Source: Patescibacteria group bacterium (GTDB lineage: Bacteria; Patescibacteriota; Minisyncoccia; Phycocordibacterales; UBA9973). Taken from it: a stretch of 64,000 bases of DNA. The notes under the pieces are model-generated. The model saw only the letters and a list, made by a program, of their open reading frames with translations, was not told the origin of the DNA and searched no databases. The stretch is taken from positions 1,490-65,489 of the forward strand of contig JAZKIP010000009.1 of the NCBI GenBank assembly GCA_040384805.1, in the 5' to 3' direction. Each line of letters starts with the position of its first letter. Within the stretch, counting starts at the first letter, position 1. This document shows, piece after piece, positions 19,105 through 27,705 of this stretch. The position numbers and the translations under genes are program-made.

Positions 19105-19829
19105 TTATTTTTCTGTTTTTTGTAAATTGTGTTTATGGTCCCAATTCTCCTGGTCAGACATCCATTCCCTCAGCATCTCTTCATTATTTTTATCGATGAA
19201 GCCATGGTCGATGGCGACAGAAAGAAGCTGTTCATAGTGAAGTAGGGAAATCACCATGCAAGGCTCTTTCAATTGCTCACCTTCCTCCTTACCAAACGGT
19301 ACGATACCCTTGAACATATCAACAGCCTTGGGTAAGCCGTAATTGAAGATAGACAAGCAATAGGGCACAATGCCTCTTGCATTGCGTACGGCCTGTACAG
19401 CTTTCGCGCTCGAACCTCCTGTTGAGATCAGGTCTTCAATCACGAGTACTCGTGATTTACCTAAATCCTTATTCGCGTCAATGCCCTCTATCTGGTTTCT
19501 TAAGCCATGGTCTTTGGGCTTGTCCCTGATGTAAGCCATCGGAAGTCCCATTGCATCAGCTAAAAGGATTGCGTAGGGAATTCCGGCAGTAGCAGTTCCT
19601 GCAATTGCATCAGGGTTGAAATGCTCAAAAACCTGTAGCTTTAGAATAATTTCCAGGAATCCATCGACTATCAATCGACGGTATTCGGGATACCAAAGAA
19701 ACATTCTATTATCGTTATATATGGGATTTAGTGTTCCTGACGCCCATAAAAAAGGCTTTGAAGGGTTGCCCCCATTTTGAGCCCGGCTAAAGCAAGCTTT
19801 TCACCGATTGCTGTGAGTTGGTTTATCAT
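19105..19829 (-). pseudogene. pyrE: orotate phosphoribosyltransferase with a frameshift near the N-terminus
   Basis: PRPP motif LVIEDLISTGGS; FLWASG..PIYNDNR lies upstream in frame; ATG 19829 (MINQ..LKMGA) is in another frame, junction near 19765-19769. Confidence 0.8.
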
Positions 19830-19966
19830 GTTTAGAGTTTTATTTTAAAAAATCAAGATTCTGTGCTTAATCCTACTGATTCGACCATTTTTGTCAAACA
19901 AAAAATCCTCCTAAAATAAGGGAGGATTTTAAATAGATACACCAGTCGTCATGGCAGTTACTTGTC

Positions 19967-20461
19967 CTATAAAAAAATACCATTCTTGTACAGCAGCTTG
20001 CCTAAGATCCAGAAATGAGTGATTTTAGGAAGTCGTGTCCCATCCTTTGCTCCTTTGTCCTTATCAGGCTTCAGATTTACAATCATCAGGTCGGCATAAT
20101 TGCCGACATCGATAGTACCTCGTCCTTCTATGTCGTGAGCGACTGCATGCGATTGTTTCGCAATTTCAATCAAAGACAGTTTTCCGCCTATCGTTTCATC
20201 GATCTCTTCGAGAACAGCCCTCAATGCCTTGCCGTTGGCTATCATCGTGAAGTAAAGTGATGCGGACAAAAGATACCTATTGGCGCCGTCAACAACTTCT
20301 GTACGGGTGATGTTTGCCGTATTTGACGGAAGAATAGCTGCTATTTTTTCGCCGCTGATTAAAACGTCCTTCCAGGATTCTCCTGTTTCTGTGATGAGTG
20401 TTATTTTTTGGAGGAGTGTAGCTCTTTGTGTTTTCAGAGATTTCACTAAAGTTTCTTTCAT
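19967..20461 (-). pseudogene. amidohydrolase (dihydroorotase-like) remnant lacking the catalytic barrel
   Basis: N-terminal DVLISGEKIAAI..VVDGANRYLL and C-terminal GRGTIDVGNYADLMIV with only about 45 aa between; no HxH. Confidence 0.55.
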
Positions 20462-20495
20462 ATACTTCGGTTTAAATTTACAATTTTTCTTTATT

Positions 20496-20972
20496 TTATT
20501 TTGGAAGTACGAATCTGGTAACCCTGAAGCCATTGCGCAGGCTATAGCCGAACCTTGTGCTGACTGTTTCTAGAGAGGGACGGAAAGCCATTATTTGAAC
20601 ATTAGGGAATTTCCATTTGAAAGGAAAAATAAAATAGCGCAGAGACCTCCTATAATGAACCATATTATGGATAGTATTAATCTTGCCTCCTGCAATGACG
20701 ATCAAGTATGGTTCGGAATAACGCAAATCATTACAGAGTTTTTGCATGAATTCTTTCCTGACTCTCTTGATTTCTTTTCCTCCATGAGGAGGAAGGTGAG
20801 CCGCAGTTATACTGTATATAGGATTAGTTTTGTCTTTTGTTTCCGAAAAGATAAAGACCCCAATACAACAGTAAAGGTTCGGTATAACCATGGGTTTCCA
20901 TTCCTCAGGCCCGAAATGCTGGGTTGTCCATCGAGCACGTTTGGTTTTTGAAAGATCTACTTTTATAGCCAT
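20496..20972 (-). CDS. hypothetical protein
   Basis: 158-aa AT-rich ORF with plausible ATG, divergent from rpsS. Confidence 0.55.
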   Translation of the reverse strand: MAIKVDLSKTKRARWTTQHFGPEEWKPMVIPNLYCCIGVFIFSETKDKTNPIYSITAAHLPPHGGKEIKRVRKEFMQKLCNDLRYSEPYLIVIAGGKINTIHNMVHYRRSLRYFIFPFKWKFPNVQIMAFRPSLETVSTRFGYSLRNGFRVTRFVLPK

Positions 20973-21068
20973 ATATATTTGATTTTATTTTTTAAAAATA
21001 GGTTTTTCTAAACCTTACCTTATTTATTAAATATGTCAATGATCTTCTATATCTATAACCTTTATAAT

Positions 21069-21096
21069 TTGACAATCTTTTTTAATTTGCTAGTAT
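21069..21096 (+). promoter_or_regulatory. sigma70 promoter for rpsS-rplN, identical to the tuf promoter
   Basis: 32-nt exact match of 21068-21099 to 12710-12741. Confidence 0.8.
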
Positions 21097-21187
21097 GGAC
21101 GGACAAGGCTCTAGCGAGCTTATTTATATTGTATGACCCGCCTCCGCAAAACTACGGATGGGCAGGTGCGATATAGAAGAATTTATT

Positions 21188-21532
21188 ATGACAAGATCAC
21201 TCAAAAAAGGTCCATATGTTGATCCACGGCTGATGAAGAAAATTGCCGGCAAAAAGCCTATTCAAACAGGCCCGATCAAGACATGGTCGCGCGCATGCGT
21301 TATTCACCCTGATATGGTCGGATTCGTCTTTGCAGTCCATAATGGGAAGATTTTCATAGAAGTCCTAGTAACCGAGGACATGGTGGGTCATCGTCTCGGC
21401 GAATTCGCACAGACTCGCAAGTTCGTCCGACACGGAGGAAAGATGCAGAAAGAACTTGAGCAGAAGAAGAAAGAAGCCGAAATTACCGCCGCCAAGTCCG
21501 CCAAAGCAACAACCGATACGAAAAAGAAGTAA
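21188..21532 (+). CDS. rpsS: 30S ribosomal protein S19 (C-terminal extension)
   Basis: [26 protein letters not shown]. Confidence 0.98.
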   Translation: MTRSLKKGPYVDPRLMKKIAGKKPIQTGPIKTWSRACVIHPDMVGFVFAVHNGKIFIEVLVTEDMVGHRLGEFAQTRKFVRHGGKMQKELEQKKKEAEITAAKSAKATTDTKKK

Positions 21533-21542
21533 TATTTAGATC

Positions 21543-21977
21543 ATGAAAGCATTTCTTAAAAACTACAGACAGTCTCCCCGCAAGGTTCGCCTTGTAGCAG
21601 ACTTAATAAAAGGCAAAAGGGTTGCCGACGCTTTTGTTCAATTGAAATCCCTTCCAAAGCGCGCATCAGGGCCAGTTGAGAAGCTCCTTGCAGGCGCAGT
21701 TGCCAATGCCAAGCACGCAGGTGTCTCGACCGACAATCTGATCGTTTCAAACGTGACGGTCAATAAAGGAATTGTCATGAAACGCAGCATGCCCCGCGCC
21801 CGCGGTTCTGCATCACGCATCAACAAGCGAACGAGCCATATCATGCTTACTCTTATGGAAAATTCCGAAACGAAGAGCAAAAAGAAAACGGTAAAGCCGA
21901 AGAAGGAAGTGAAGGAGACTGGAGCAGAAAAGCCAAAAACCATTAAAACAAAAGCTAAAAAACAAGAAACACAGTAA
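21543..21977 (+). CDS. rplV: 50S ribosomal protein L22 (Lys-rich tail)
   Basis: SPRKVRLVADLIKG, PRARG...KRTSHI. Confidence 0.98.
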   Translation: MKAFLKNYRQSPRKVRLVADLIKGKRVADAFVQLKSLPKRASGPVEKLLAGAVANAKHAGVSTDNLIVSNVTVNKGIVMKRSMPRARGSASRINKRTSHIMLTLMENSETKSKKKTVKPKKEVKETGAEKPKTIKTKAKKQETQ

Positions 21978-21982
21978 ATTAT

Positions 21983-22678
21983 ATGTCAAAAGTCGTCCAT
22001 CCATATGCACATAGATTAGTAACCCTTCGTGATTGGAAATCACGCTGGTTTGCTGACAAGAAATACAAGGATCTGCTAGAGAGCGATGTTGTTATCCGTG
22101 CGTACCTTTCTAAAAAGCTCCGCGGATTCTACGTATCCCGCATCGAGATTGAACGAAACGCTAAGACGACAAAGGTCATGATCTTTACATCACGCCCGGG
22201 AATGATCATCGGCCGATCAGGCGAAGGAGCGGCAAAGCTCAAGAGCGATCTCTTGACCCTTATGGCCAAGAAAGGCATCAAAGCTGTCGAGGATTTCAAG
22301 CTCGACATTGTCGAAGTGACCAATCCCGATGCTGACGCTGCCATTGTTGCATGCTCCATTGCCGAAGGTCTTGAGAAGCGCCTTCCATACCGCCGCGTGA
22401 TAAAACAGGCGATCGAAAAGATCATGGCAGCGCGCGGAGTCAAAGGAGCTCGTATCTATCTTGGCGGCCGTCTTGCAGGAAGCGAAATTGCCCGCAGCGA
22501 GCAGATCAAGCGCGGTTCGATCCCGCTTCAGACATTCAGAGCAGACGTTGATTTTGCCCGTGAGAAGGCTCACATGAGCTACGGCGATATTGGTATTAAG
22601 GTATGGATCTACCGGGGCGAAGTCTTTTCAGCCCAAAGTCCATCAGGATCGGGCAGGAATGATCGCAATGATAAGTAA
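21983..22678 (+). CDS. rpsC: 30S ribosomal protein S3
   Basis: WKSRWFA, RPGMIIG, GRLAGSEIARSE, PLQTFRADVD. Confidence 0.98.
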   Translation: MSKVVHPYAHRLVTLRDWKSRWFADKKYKDLLESDVVIRAYLSKKLRGFYVSRIEIERNAKTTKVMIFTSRPGMIIGRSGEGAAKLKSDLLTLMAKKGIKAVEDFKLDIVEVTNPDADAAIVACSIAEGLEKRLPYRRVIKQAIEKIMAARGVKGARIYLGGRLAGSEIARSEQIKRGSIPLQTFRADVDFAREKAHMSYGDIGIKVWIYRGEVFSAQSPSGSGRNDRNDK

Positions 22679-22689
22679 ATTACATTTTT

Positions 22690-23106
22690 ATGTTACTACC
22701 AAAGAAAGTAAAATTTAGAAAATGGCAGACAGGACGTACGGATATGTCGAAAGTGACACCGGATACGCGCGGTATTACCCTTGCCTTCGGATCATACGGT
22801 CTCAAAGCCACATCCGGCGGACGCGTTCGCTCCAATCAGATAGAATCAGCCCGCAAGGTGACATCACGAACAATCGGCAAAACAGGCCGTATGTGGATCC
22901 GCATCTTCCCTGACCGGCCGTTTACTGCAAAGCCTGCAGAAGTAGGAATGGGAAAGGGAAAAGGAGATCCTCAAGGATACTGTCTCGATGTCCGTCCCGG
23001 CCGCATGCTTTTTGAAGTCGATGGCGTACCTGAAGCGATTGCAAAGGAAGCCCTCCGCAAGGCGGGAACAAAATTACCAGTGACGACTCGTATTGTTGCT
23101 CGATAA
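22690..23106 (+). CDS. rplP: 50S ribosomal protein L16
   Basis: MLLPKKVKFRK, WIRIFPD, MGKGKG. Confidence 0.98.
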   Translation: MLLPKKVKFRKWQTGRTDMSKVTPDTRGITLAFGSYGLKATSGGRVRSNQIESARKVTSRTIGKTGRMWIRIFPDRPFTAKPAEVGMGKGKGDPQGYCLDVRPGRMLFEVDGVPEAIAKEALRKAGTKLPVTTRIVAR

Positions 23107-23128
23107 ACCTGCCTGCCGGCAGGCAGGT
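23107..23128. repeat. 22-nt REP-like perfect palindrome, copy 1
   Basis: acctgcctgccggcaggcaggt. Confidence 0.9.
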
Positions 23129-23141
23129 ATAAATAAAATCA

Positions 23142-23387
23142 ATGAATACACAAAAGACACAATCAAAGAAAGTTCTCAAAGGAGTCGTTATTTCCGACAA
23201 GATGGACAAGACTATCGTTGTCGAGGTAACGCGCTTTGTCGAGCATTCCAAATACCAGAAGCGCATCAAGAAGTCGAAGAAATACAAGGCTCACGATGAA
23301 GACAATAGCAAGAAAGTCGGCGATATCGTAGAGATCGAAGAAACACGCCCGATTTCAAAGGATAAGAAATTTAAAGTAATCGCATAA
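23142..23387 (+). CDS. rpsQ: 30S ribosomal protein S17
   Basis: [30 protein letters not shown]. Confidence 0.98.
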   Translation: MNTQKTQSKKVLKGVVISDKMDKTIVVEVTRFVEHSKYQKRIKKSKKYKAHDEDNSKKVGDIVEIEETRPISKDKKFKVIA

Positions 23388-23394
23388 TACATAT

Positions 23395-23766
23395 ATGATT
23401 CAAGACGGAACAATAGTAAAGATCGCGGACAACGCCGGAGGAAAGATCGGCAAGGTCTTCAAGGTGCTTGGATCATCAAAGCGCCGCTATGCCGGCATTG
23501 GCGACAGGGTCATCATCTCTGTGAAGATCGCCGAACCGCGCAAGGGTGTCAAGAAGAAGGATGTCCACCAGGCTGTCGTTGTCCGCACCGTAAAGGCATT
23601 CCGCCGCAAGGACGGATCATATATCCGCTTTGATGACAACGCTGTCGTGATCCTCGAAAAGGACAAGCAGGATCCTAAGGGCGGCCGTGTTTTCGGGCCG
23701 ATCCCGCGCGAGATGGCAGACCGCGGATATCAGAAGATCATTTCGCTTGCGCAGGAGGTAATTTAG
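23395..23766 (+). CDS. rplN: 50S ribosomal protein L14
   Basis: MIQ..ADNAG, DGSYIRFDDNAVV, RVFGPIPRE. Confidence 0.98.
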   Translation: MIQDGTIVKIADNAGGKIGKVFKVLGSSKRRYAGIGDRVIISVKIAEPRKGVKKKDVHQAVVVRTVKAFRRKDGSYIRFDDNAVVILEKDKQDPKGGRVFGPIPREMADRGYQKIISLAQEVI

Positions 23767-23770
23767 AAAA

Positions 23771-23950
23771 ATAATGAAGCGAAGCGGAATATATTTTTCT
23801 AAATCCGCCATACAAATTTATTGATTATAGTTAAGAGGTGTGATAGGGTGATATAAGTTTTATAACATACAAGGAATATTTGAAGTAATAAATAAATTTG
23901 GGGCGGATAACGATTTTTATAGTCGTTCCTCCTTAAAAATCAGTCATATG
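23771..23950 (+). repeat. 180-bp exact direct repeat, copy 1 (ends in the rplX ATG)
   Basis: Identical to 24163-24342 by direct comparison. Confidence 0.95.
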
Positions 23951-24163
23951 CATATCAAAAAAGGAGACAATGTAATAGTTATAACAGGCGACAGCAAGGG
24001 CAAGAAGGGCAAGGTCCTTCGCATGCTTCCGAAGGAAGGCAAGGTCATCGTCGAAGGCATCAACGTACGTAAGAAGACCCGCAAGTCGCGCACGAAGGGA
24101 GAAGCAAGCCAAATCATCGAGCTTGCGATGCCTATTCATGCATCAAATGTCAGGAAGGGATGA
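23948..24163 (+). CDS. rplX: 50S ribosomal protein L24 (short, 71 aa)
   Basis: IKKGD.V.VITG..KGK.GKV, VIVEGIN, PIHASNV. Confidence 0.95.
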   Translation: MHIKKGDNVIVITGDSKGKKGKVLRMLPKEGKVIVEGINVRKKTRKSRTKGEASQIIELAMPIHASNVRKG

Positions 24164-24342
24164 TAATGAAGCGAAGCGGAATATATTTTTCTAAATCCGC
24201 CATACAAATTTATTGATTATAGTTAAGAGGTGTGATAGGGTGATATAAGTTTTATAACATACAAGGAATATTTGAAGTAATAAATAAATTTGGGGCGGAT
24301 AACGATTTTTATAGTCGTTCCTCCTTAAAAATCAGTCATATG
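24163..24342 (+). repeat. 180-bp exact direct repeat, copy 2 (ends in the rplE ATG)
   Basis: Identical to 23771-23950. Confidence 0.95.
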
Positions 24343-24879
24343 GAAACAGTCAAACAAAAAGAAAATAAGGCACTTGGTACGCTTAAAGACAAGTACGGCT
24401 ACAAGAACAAAATGGCTGCGCCTCACTTGGTCAAAGTTGTCGTTGCGTCAGGAACAGGAAGCGGCGTCAAGCGCGACAAGGATCGCAACAAATTCGTAAC
24501 AGAGCGCCTTGCAAAGATCACCGGCCAGAAGCCTGCAGTCAGGGGAGCAAAGAAATCAATCGCGAGCTTTAAGATGCGTCAGGGCGACCCGATCGGGGTC
24601 ATGGTGACTCTCCGCGGCGCGCGCATGTACGGATTCCTCGACAAGCTTATCAATGTCGCTATTCCCCGCACAAAGGACTTCCGCGGCATCGAGCGAAAGA
24701 TCGTCGACAATATCGGCAATCTGACAATGAGCATCAAGGAGCATACGATCTTCCCGGAAACAGGCGATGAAGAGTTCAAAGATGTCTTCGGTCTTGCAAT
24801 AACGATCGTCACAACCGCAAAGAACAAACAGGAAGCAACAGACTTCTTCGAACAAATAGGAATTCCATTCAAGAAATAA
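24340..24879 (+). CDS. rplE: 50S ribosomal protein L5
   Basis: ITGQKP...AKKSIASFKMR.G, VTLRG, PRTKDFRG. Confidence 0.98.
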   Translation: METVKQKENKALGTLKDKYGYKNKMAAPHLVKVVVASGTGSGVKRDKDRNKFVTERLAKITGQKPAVRGAKKSIASFKMRQGDPIGVMVTLRGARMYGFLDKLINVAIPRTKDFRGIERKIVDNIGNLTMSIKEHTIFPETGDEEFKDVFGLAITIVTTAKNKQEATDFFEQIGIPFKK

Positions 24880-24883
24880 AAAT

Positions 24884-24919
24884 TATATTAAAACTCCCCG
24901 AAAGGGGAGTTTTAATATA
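24884..24919 (+). terminator. intrinsic terminator after rplE
   Basis: tatattaaaactcccc-gaaa-ggggagttttaatata. Confidence 0.85.
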
Positions 24920-25061
24920 TTGTTTGACATCCAAACCTCAATCTGCTAGTATGAGACAAGTTCGATAGGGAGTCTGATCTGTGTTTCTCCTTAAGGTTTT
25001 AGATAAAACTTTAAGAAATAACACATGATATCACTCACCCGAAGAACGGGCATTTTTATTT

Positions 25062-25247
25062 ATGGCAAAAACATCAGTCATTGCGCGACATAAGAAGAAG
25101 TCAAAATTCAGCACGCGGGAAACAAACCGCTGTTTTCGCTGCGGCCGCGGCCACGCATACATGAGAGATTTCGGTCTCTGCCGTATCTGCTTCAGGGAGC
25201 TTGCCAATGACGGCCTGCTTCCAGGTGTTCGTAAATCAAGCTGGTAA
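25062..25247 (+). CDS. rpsN: 30S ribosomal protein S14, Zn-binding type Z
   Basis: RCFRCGR...[10 protein letters not shown], 61 aa. Confidence 0.97.
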   Translation: MAKTSVIARHKKKSKFSTRETNRCFRCGRGHAYMRDFGLCRICFRELANDGLLPGVRKSSW

Positions 25248-25257
25248 TCAACATTAT

Positions 25258-25644
25258 ATGGATCAAATCGCAAACATGATAAATATGATCAAGAACGCGG
25301 GCGTGCGCGAGCATGAAACTATTACCGTCCCGTATTCGAAGATCAAGCACACGATTGCAGATTGTCTCGTCCGCGAGGGGTATCTCTCATCTGTCACGAA
25401 GAAAACAAAGAAAGGACAGGCTGTTCTTGAACTTGGGCTCGTATACGTCGAAGGAACTCCCAAAGTAACAGGGGCTGAGCGCGTTTCGAAGTCATCTCGC
25501 CGCATCTACAAAGGAGTCAAAGCTATCAAGCCATCGCGCAACGGATATGGGCTTACAGTCATGACGACATCAAAGGGTATTTTGACTGACAAGGAGGCAA
25601 AGAAGGAAATGGTCGGAGGAGAAGTTTTATTTAGACTCTGGTAA
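25258..25644 (+). CDS. rpsH: 30S ribosomal protein S8
   Basis: DQIANM..IKNA, RVSKSSRRIY, TSKGILT..A....VGGEVL. Confidence 0.97.
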   Translation: MDQIANMINMIKNAGVREHETITVPYSKIKHTIADCLVREGYLSSVTKKTKKGQAVLELGLVYVEGTPKVTGAERVSKSSRRIYKGVKAIKPSRNGYGLTVMTTSKGILTDKEAKKEMVGGEVLFRLW

Positions 25645-25653
25645 TTATATTAT

Positions 25654-26193
25654 ATGTCACGCATAGGAAAACAAACAGTTATAGTTCCTGCCGGTACCGA
25701 AGTAAAGCTCTCCGGTGTGACTTTCTCCGTCAAAGGCCCGAAAGGCACTCTTGTTCGCGATTTCCCGGGAGATGTTGCGATCAACATCAACGGCAATGAA
25801 ATTACGTTTATCACAAAGGAGGATACGACTGACAAGAATATCAACGCTCTCTGGGGTACATACGCATCGCATGTGAAAAATATGATCACCGGCGTCAATG
25901 AGGGATTTTCCAAAAAGCTTATCCTCGAAGGAGTCGGATTCAAATCCGACGTCGCAGGCACAACTCTCAATCTTGCTCTCGGATTTTCTCATCCTGTTAA
26001 AGTGGCGATTCCTACCGGACTGACTGTGACTGCCGACAAGAACAATATTACGGTTACAGGGACTGACAAGGAACTTGTCGGATCGTTTACCGCATCAATC
26101 CGCTCCATGAAGAAACCTGAACCATACAAGGGCAAGGGATTCCGATACAGCGATGAAGTTATCCGCCGCAAGCAGGGCAAGAAAGCTGCATAA
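25654..26193 (+). CDS. rplF: 50S ribosomal protein L6
   Basis: MSRIGK, VKGPKG, LGFSHP, PEPYKGKG. Confidence 0.98.
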   Translation: MSRIGKQTVIVPAGTEVKLSGVTFSVKGPKGTLVRDFPGDVAININGNEITFITKEDTTDKNINALWGTYASHVKNMITGVNEGFSKKLILEGVGFKSDVAGTTLNLALGFSHPVKVAIPTGLTVTADKNNITVTGTDKELVGSFTASIRSMKKPEPYKGKGFRYSDEVIRRKQGKKAA

Positions 26194-26202
26194 TATTTAT
26201 AT

Positions 26203-26544
26203 ATGAACAAGAAACTGGAAAAAAGAATACGTTTAAAGAAAAAGATCCGCACCAAAGTAAACGGAACTCTCGGTATTCCGCGTCTCTCGGTATTTCGTTC
26301 AAACAGCTATGTCTATGCGCAAGTCATCGATGATACGACAGGAACAACTCTCGTGTCTGCGTCGGATATGAAGGCGAAAGACGGTTCAAAAACAGACCGA
26401 TCAAAGACTGTGGGAATGGATGTTGCTAAAGCGTCACTTGCAAAAGGAATCAAGAAAGTTGTTTTTGACCGTAATGGATTTAAGTATACCGGTCGGGTGA
26501 AAGCATTGGCGGATGCAGCCCGTGAAGGAGGTCTAGAGTTTTAA
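26203..26544 (+). CDS. rplR: 50S ribosomal protein L18
   Basis: [27 protein letters not shown]. Confidence 0.98.
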   Translation: MNKKLEKRIRLKKKIRTKVNGTLGIPRLSVFRSNSYVYAQVIDDTTGTTLVSASDMKAKDGSKTDRSKTVGMDVAKASLAKGIKKVVFDRNGFKYTGRVKALADAAREGGLEF

Positions 26545-26565
26545 CCTGCCTGCCGGCAGGCAGGT
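26544..26565. repeat. 22-nt REP-like perfect palindrome, copy 2
   Basis: acctgcctgccggcaggcaggt, identical to 23107-23128. Confidence 0.9.
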
Positions 26566-26577
26566 ACATACAATATT

Positions 26578-27189
26578 ATGGATACACCAAAACCAAAACA
26601 GAATACGACACCGACACGAGGGAGCAATGACCGCGGAGGGCGTCGCGAAGGAGGAGATCGGAGGCCTCGCGCGACATTCGAGCGGCCGAAGCCCGAGTTC
26701 GACCAGAAGATGGTTTCTATCCGCCGTGTTACCCGCGTTGTTGCCGGAGGCCGCCGCATGACATTCGCAGTCGCCATTGCGATCGGTGATAAGAAAGGAT
26801 CTGTCGGATTGGGAACAGGAAAGGGAGGCGATACAGCGATTGCGATCGCTAAAGCGCTTCGTCAGGCAAAGAAAAATATGTTCAAGATAAAAACGACGAA
26901 AGAATTCTCGATCACTCATCCAGTATCCGCGAAATTTTCAAGCTCAAAACTCTCACTTATGCCGAACCGCGGCAAGGGTATGGTTGCAGGAAGTACAGTT
27001 CGCGACATGCTTACTCTCGCGGGACTCAAGAATATTACGGCAAAACTTCATTCAGGAAGCAAGAACAAGCTTAACAACGCTCGCGTTGCATATGCGGCAC
27101 TCTATGAGCTTCGCTCAAAAGCAACTCTTCCGAAAATTCCGGCGGTTGTGACTGAAGCAATAGCAGAAGAGAAGAAAGAGGCTAAATAA
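26578..27189 (+). CDS. rpsE: 30S ribosomal protein S5
   Basis: RVTRVVAGGRR, GD..G.VG.G.GK, GS.NK.N. Confidence 0.98.
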   Translation: MDTPKPKQNTTPTRGSNDRGGRREGGDRRPRATFERPKPEFDQKMVSIRRVTRVVAGGRRMTFAVAIAIGDKKGSVGLGTGKGGDTAIAIAKALRQAKKNMFKIKTTKEFSITHPVSAKFSSSKLSLMPNRGKGMVAGSTVRDMLTLAGLKNITAKLHSGSKNKLNNARVAYAALYELRSKATLPKIPAVVTEAIAEEKKEAK

Positions 27190-27198
27190 ATATATTTT

Positions 27199-27630
27199 AT
27201 GCAATTAAACAATTTACAAAGGAAACATCCTAATAAAAAAGCTACACAGGTCGGTCGCGGCGGAACTCGCGGCAAGACATCAGGCCGTGGCGGCAAGGGG
27301 CAAACTGCCCGCGCCGGAAACAAGCGCCGCCCTCAAATGCGTGATATCATAAAGAAGCTTCCTAAACTGCGTGGATACCGGTTCAAGTCGCCGAATAAGA
27401 AGATCGTTGTGATCAATGTCTCGTCTCTTAATGTATTTGCTGCAGGAGACAAGATTACCCCGGAAATTGTCTTTGAAAAGGGTCTTATCCGAAGAATAGG
27501 CGGCGTATATCCGGCTGTAAAGATATTAGGTTCAGGCGATCTTGCCGTAAAACTCGACGTCATCGGTTTTGAAGTATCCGAGAGCGCTAAAGCCAAGATT
27601 GAAAAAGCTGGCGGCAGTATTGGAAAGTAA
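27199..27630 (+). CDS. rplO: 50S ribosomal protein L15
   Basis: GRGG.RGKTSGRGGKGQTAR, VKILGSG, KIEKAGG. Confidence 0.97.
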   Translation: MQLNNLQRKHPNKKATQVGRGGTRGKTSGRGGKGQTARAGNKRRPQMRDIIKKLPKLRGYRFKSPNKKIVVINVSSLNVFAAGDKITPEIVFEKGLIRRIGGVYPAVKILGSGDLAVKLDVIGFEVSESAKAKIEKAGGSIGK

Positions 27631-27705
27631 GGAATAGAATCCCGTTAGAAGCCAAGCCTTGCCTGCAGTAGGCAGGCGCGATTGCAATTTAAATACTGAA
27701 ATAAT

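Noticed and set aside
19760-19775. Programmed frameshift in pyrE
   Set aside because: No canonical slippery heptamer, and conserved residues appear to be missing at the junction, which favours a deletion or an error.
17250-21060. Island inside the S10 operon as a prophage or ICE
   Set aside because: No integrase, phage or transposase genes and no flanking direct repeats were seen.
27189-27199. Missing rpmD (L30) as a novelty
   Set aside because: Known general trait of CPR; used only as taxonomic evidence.
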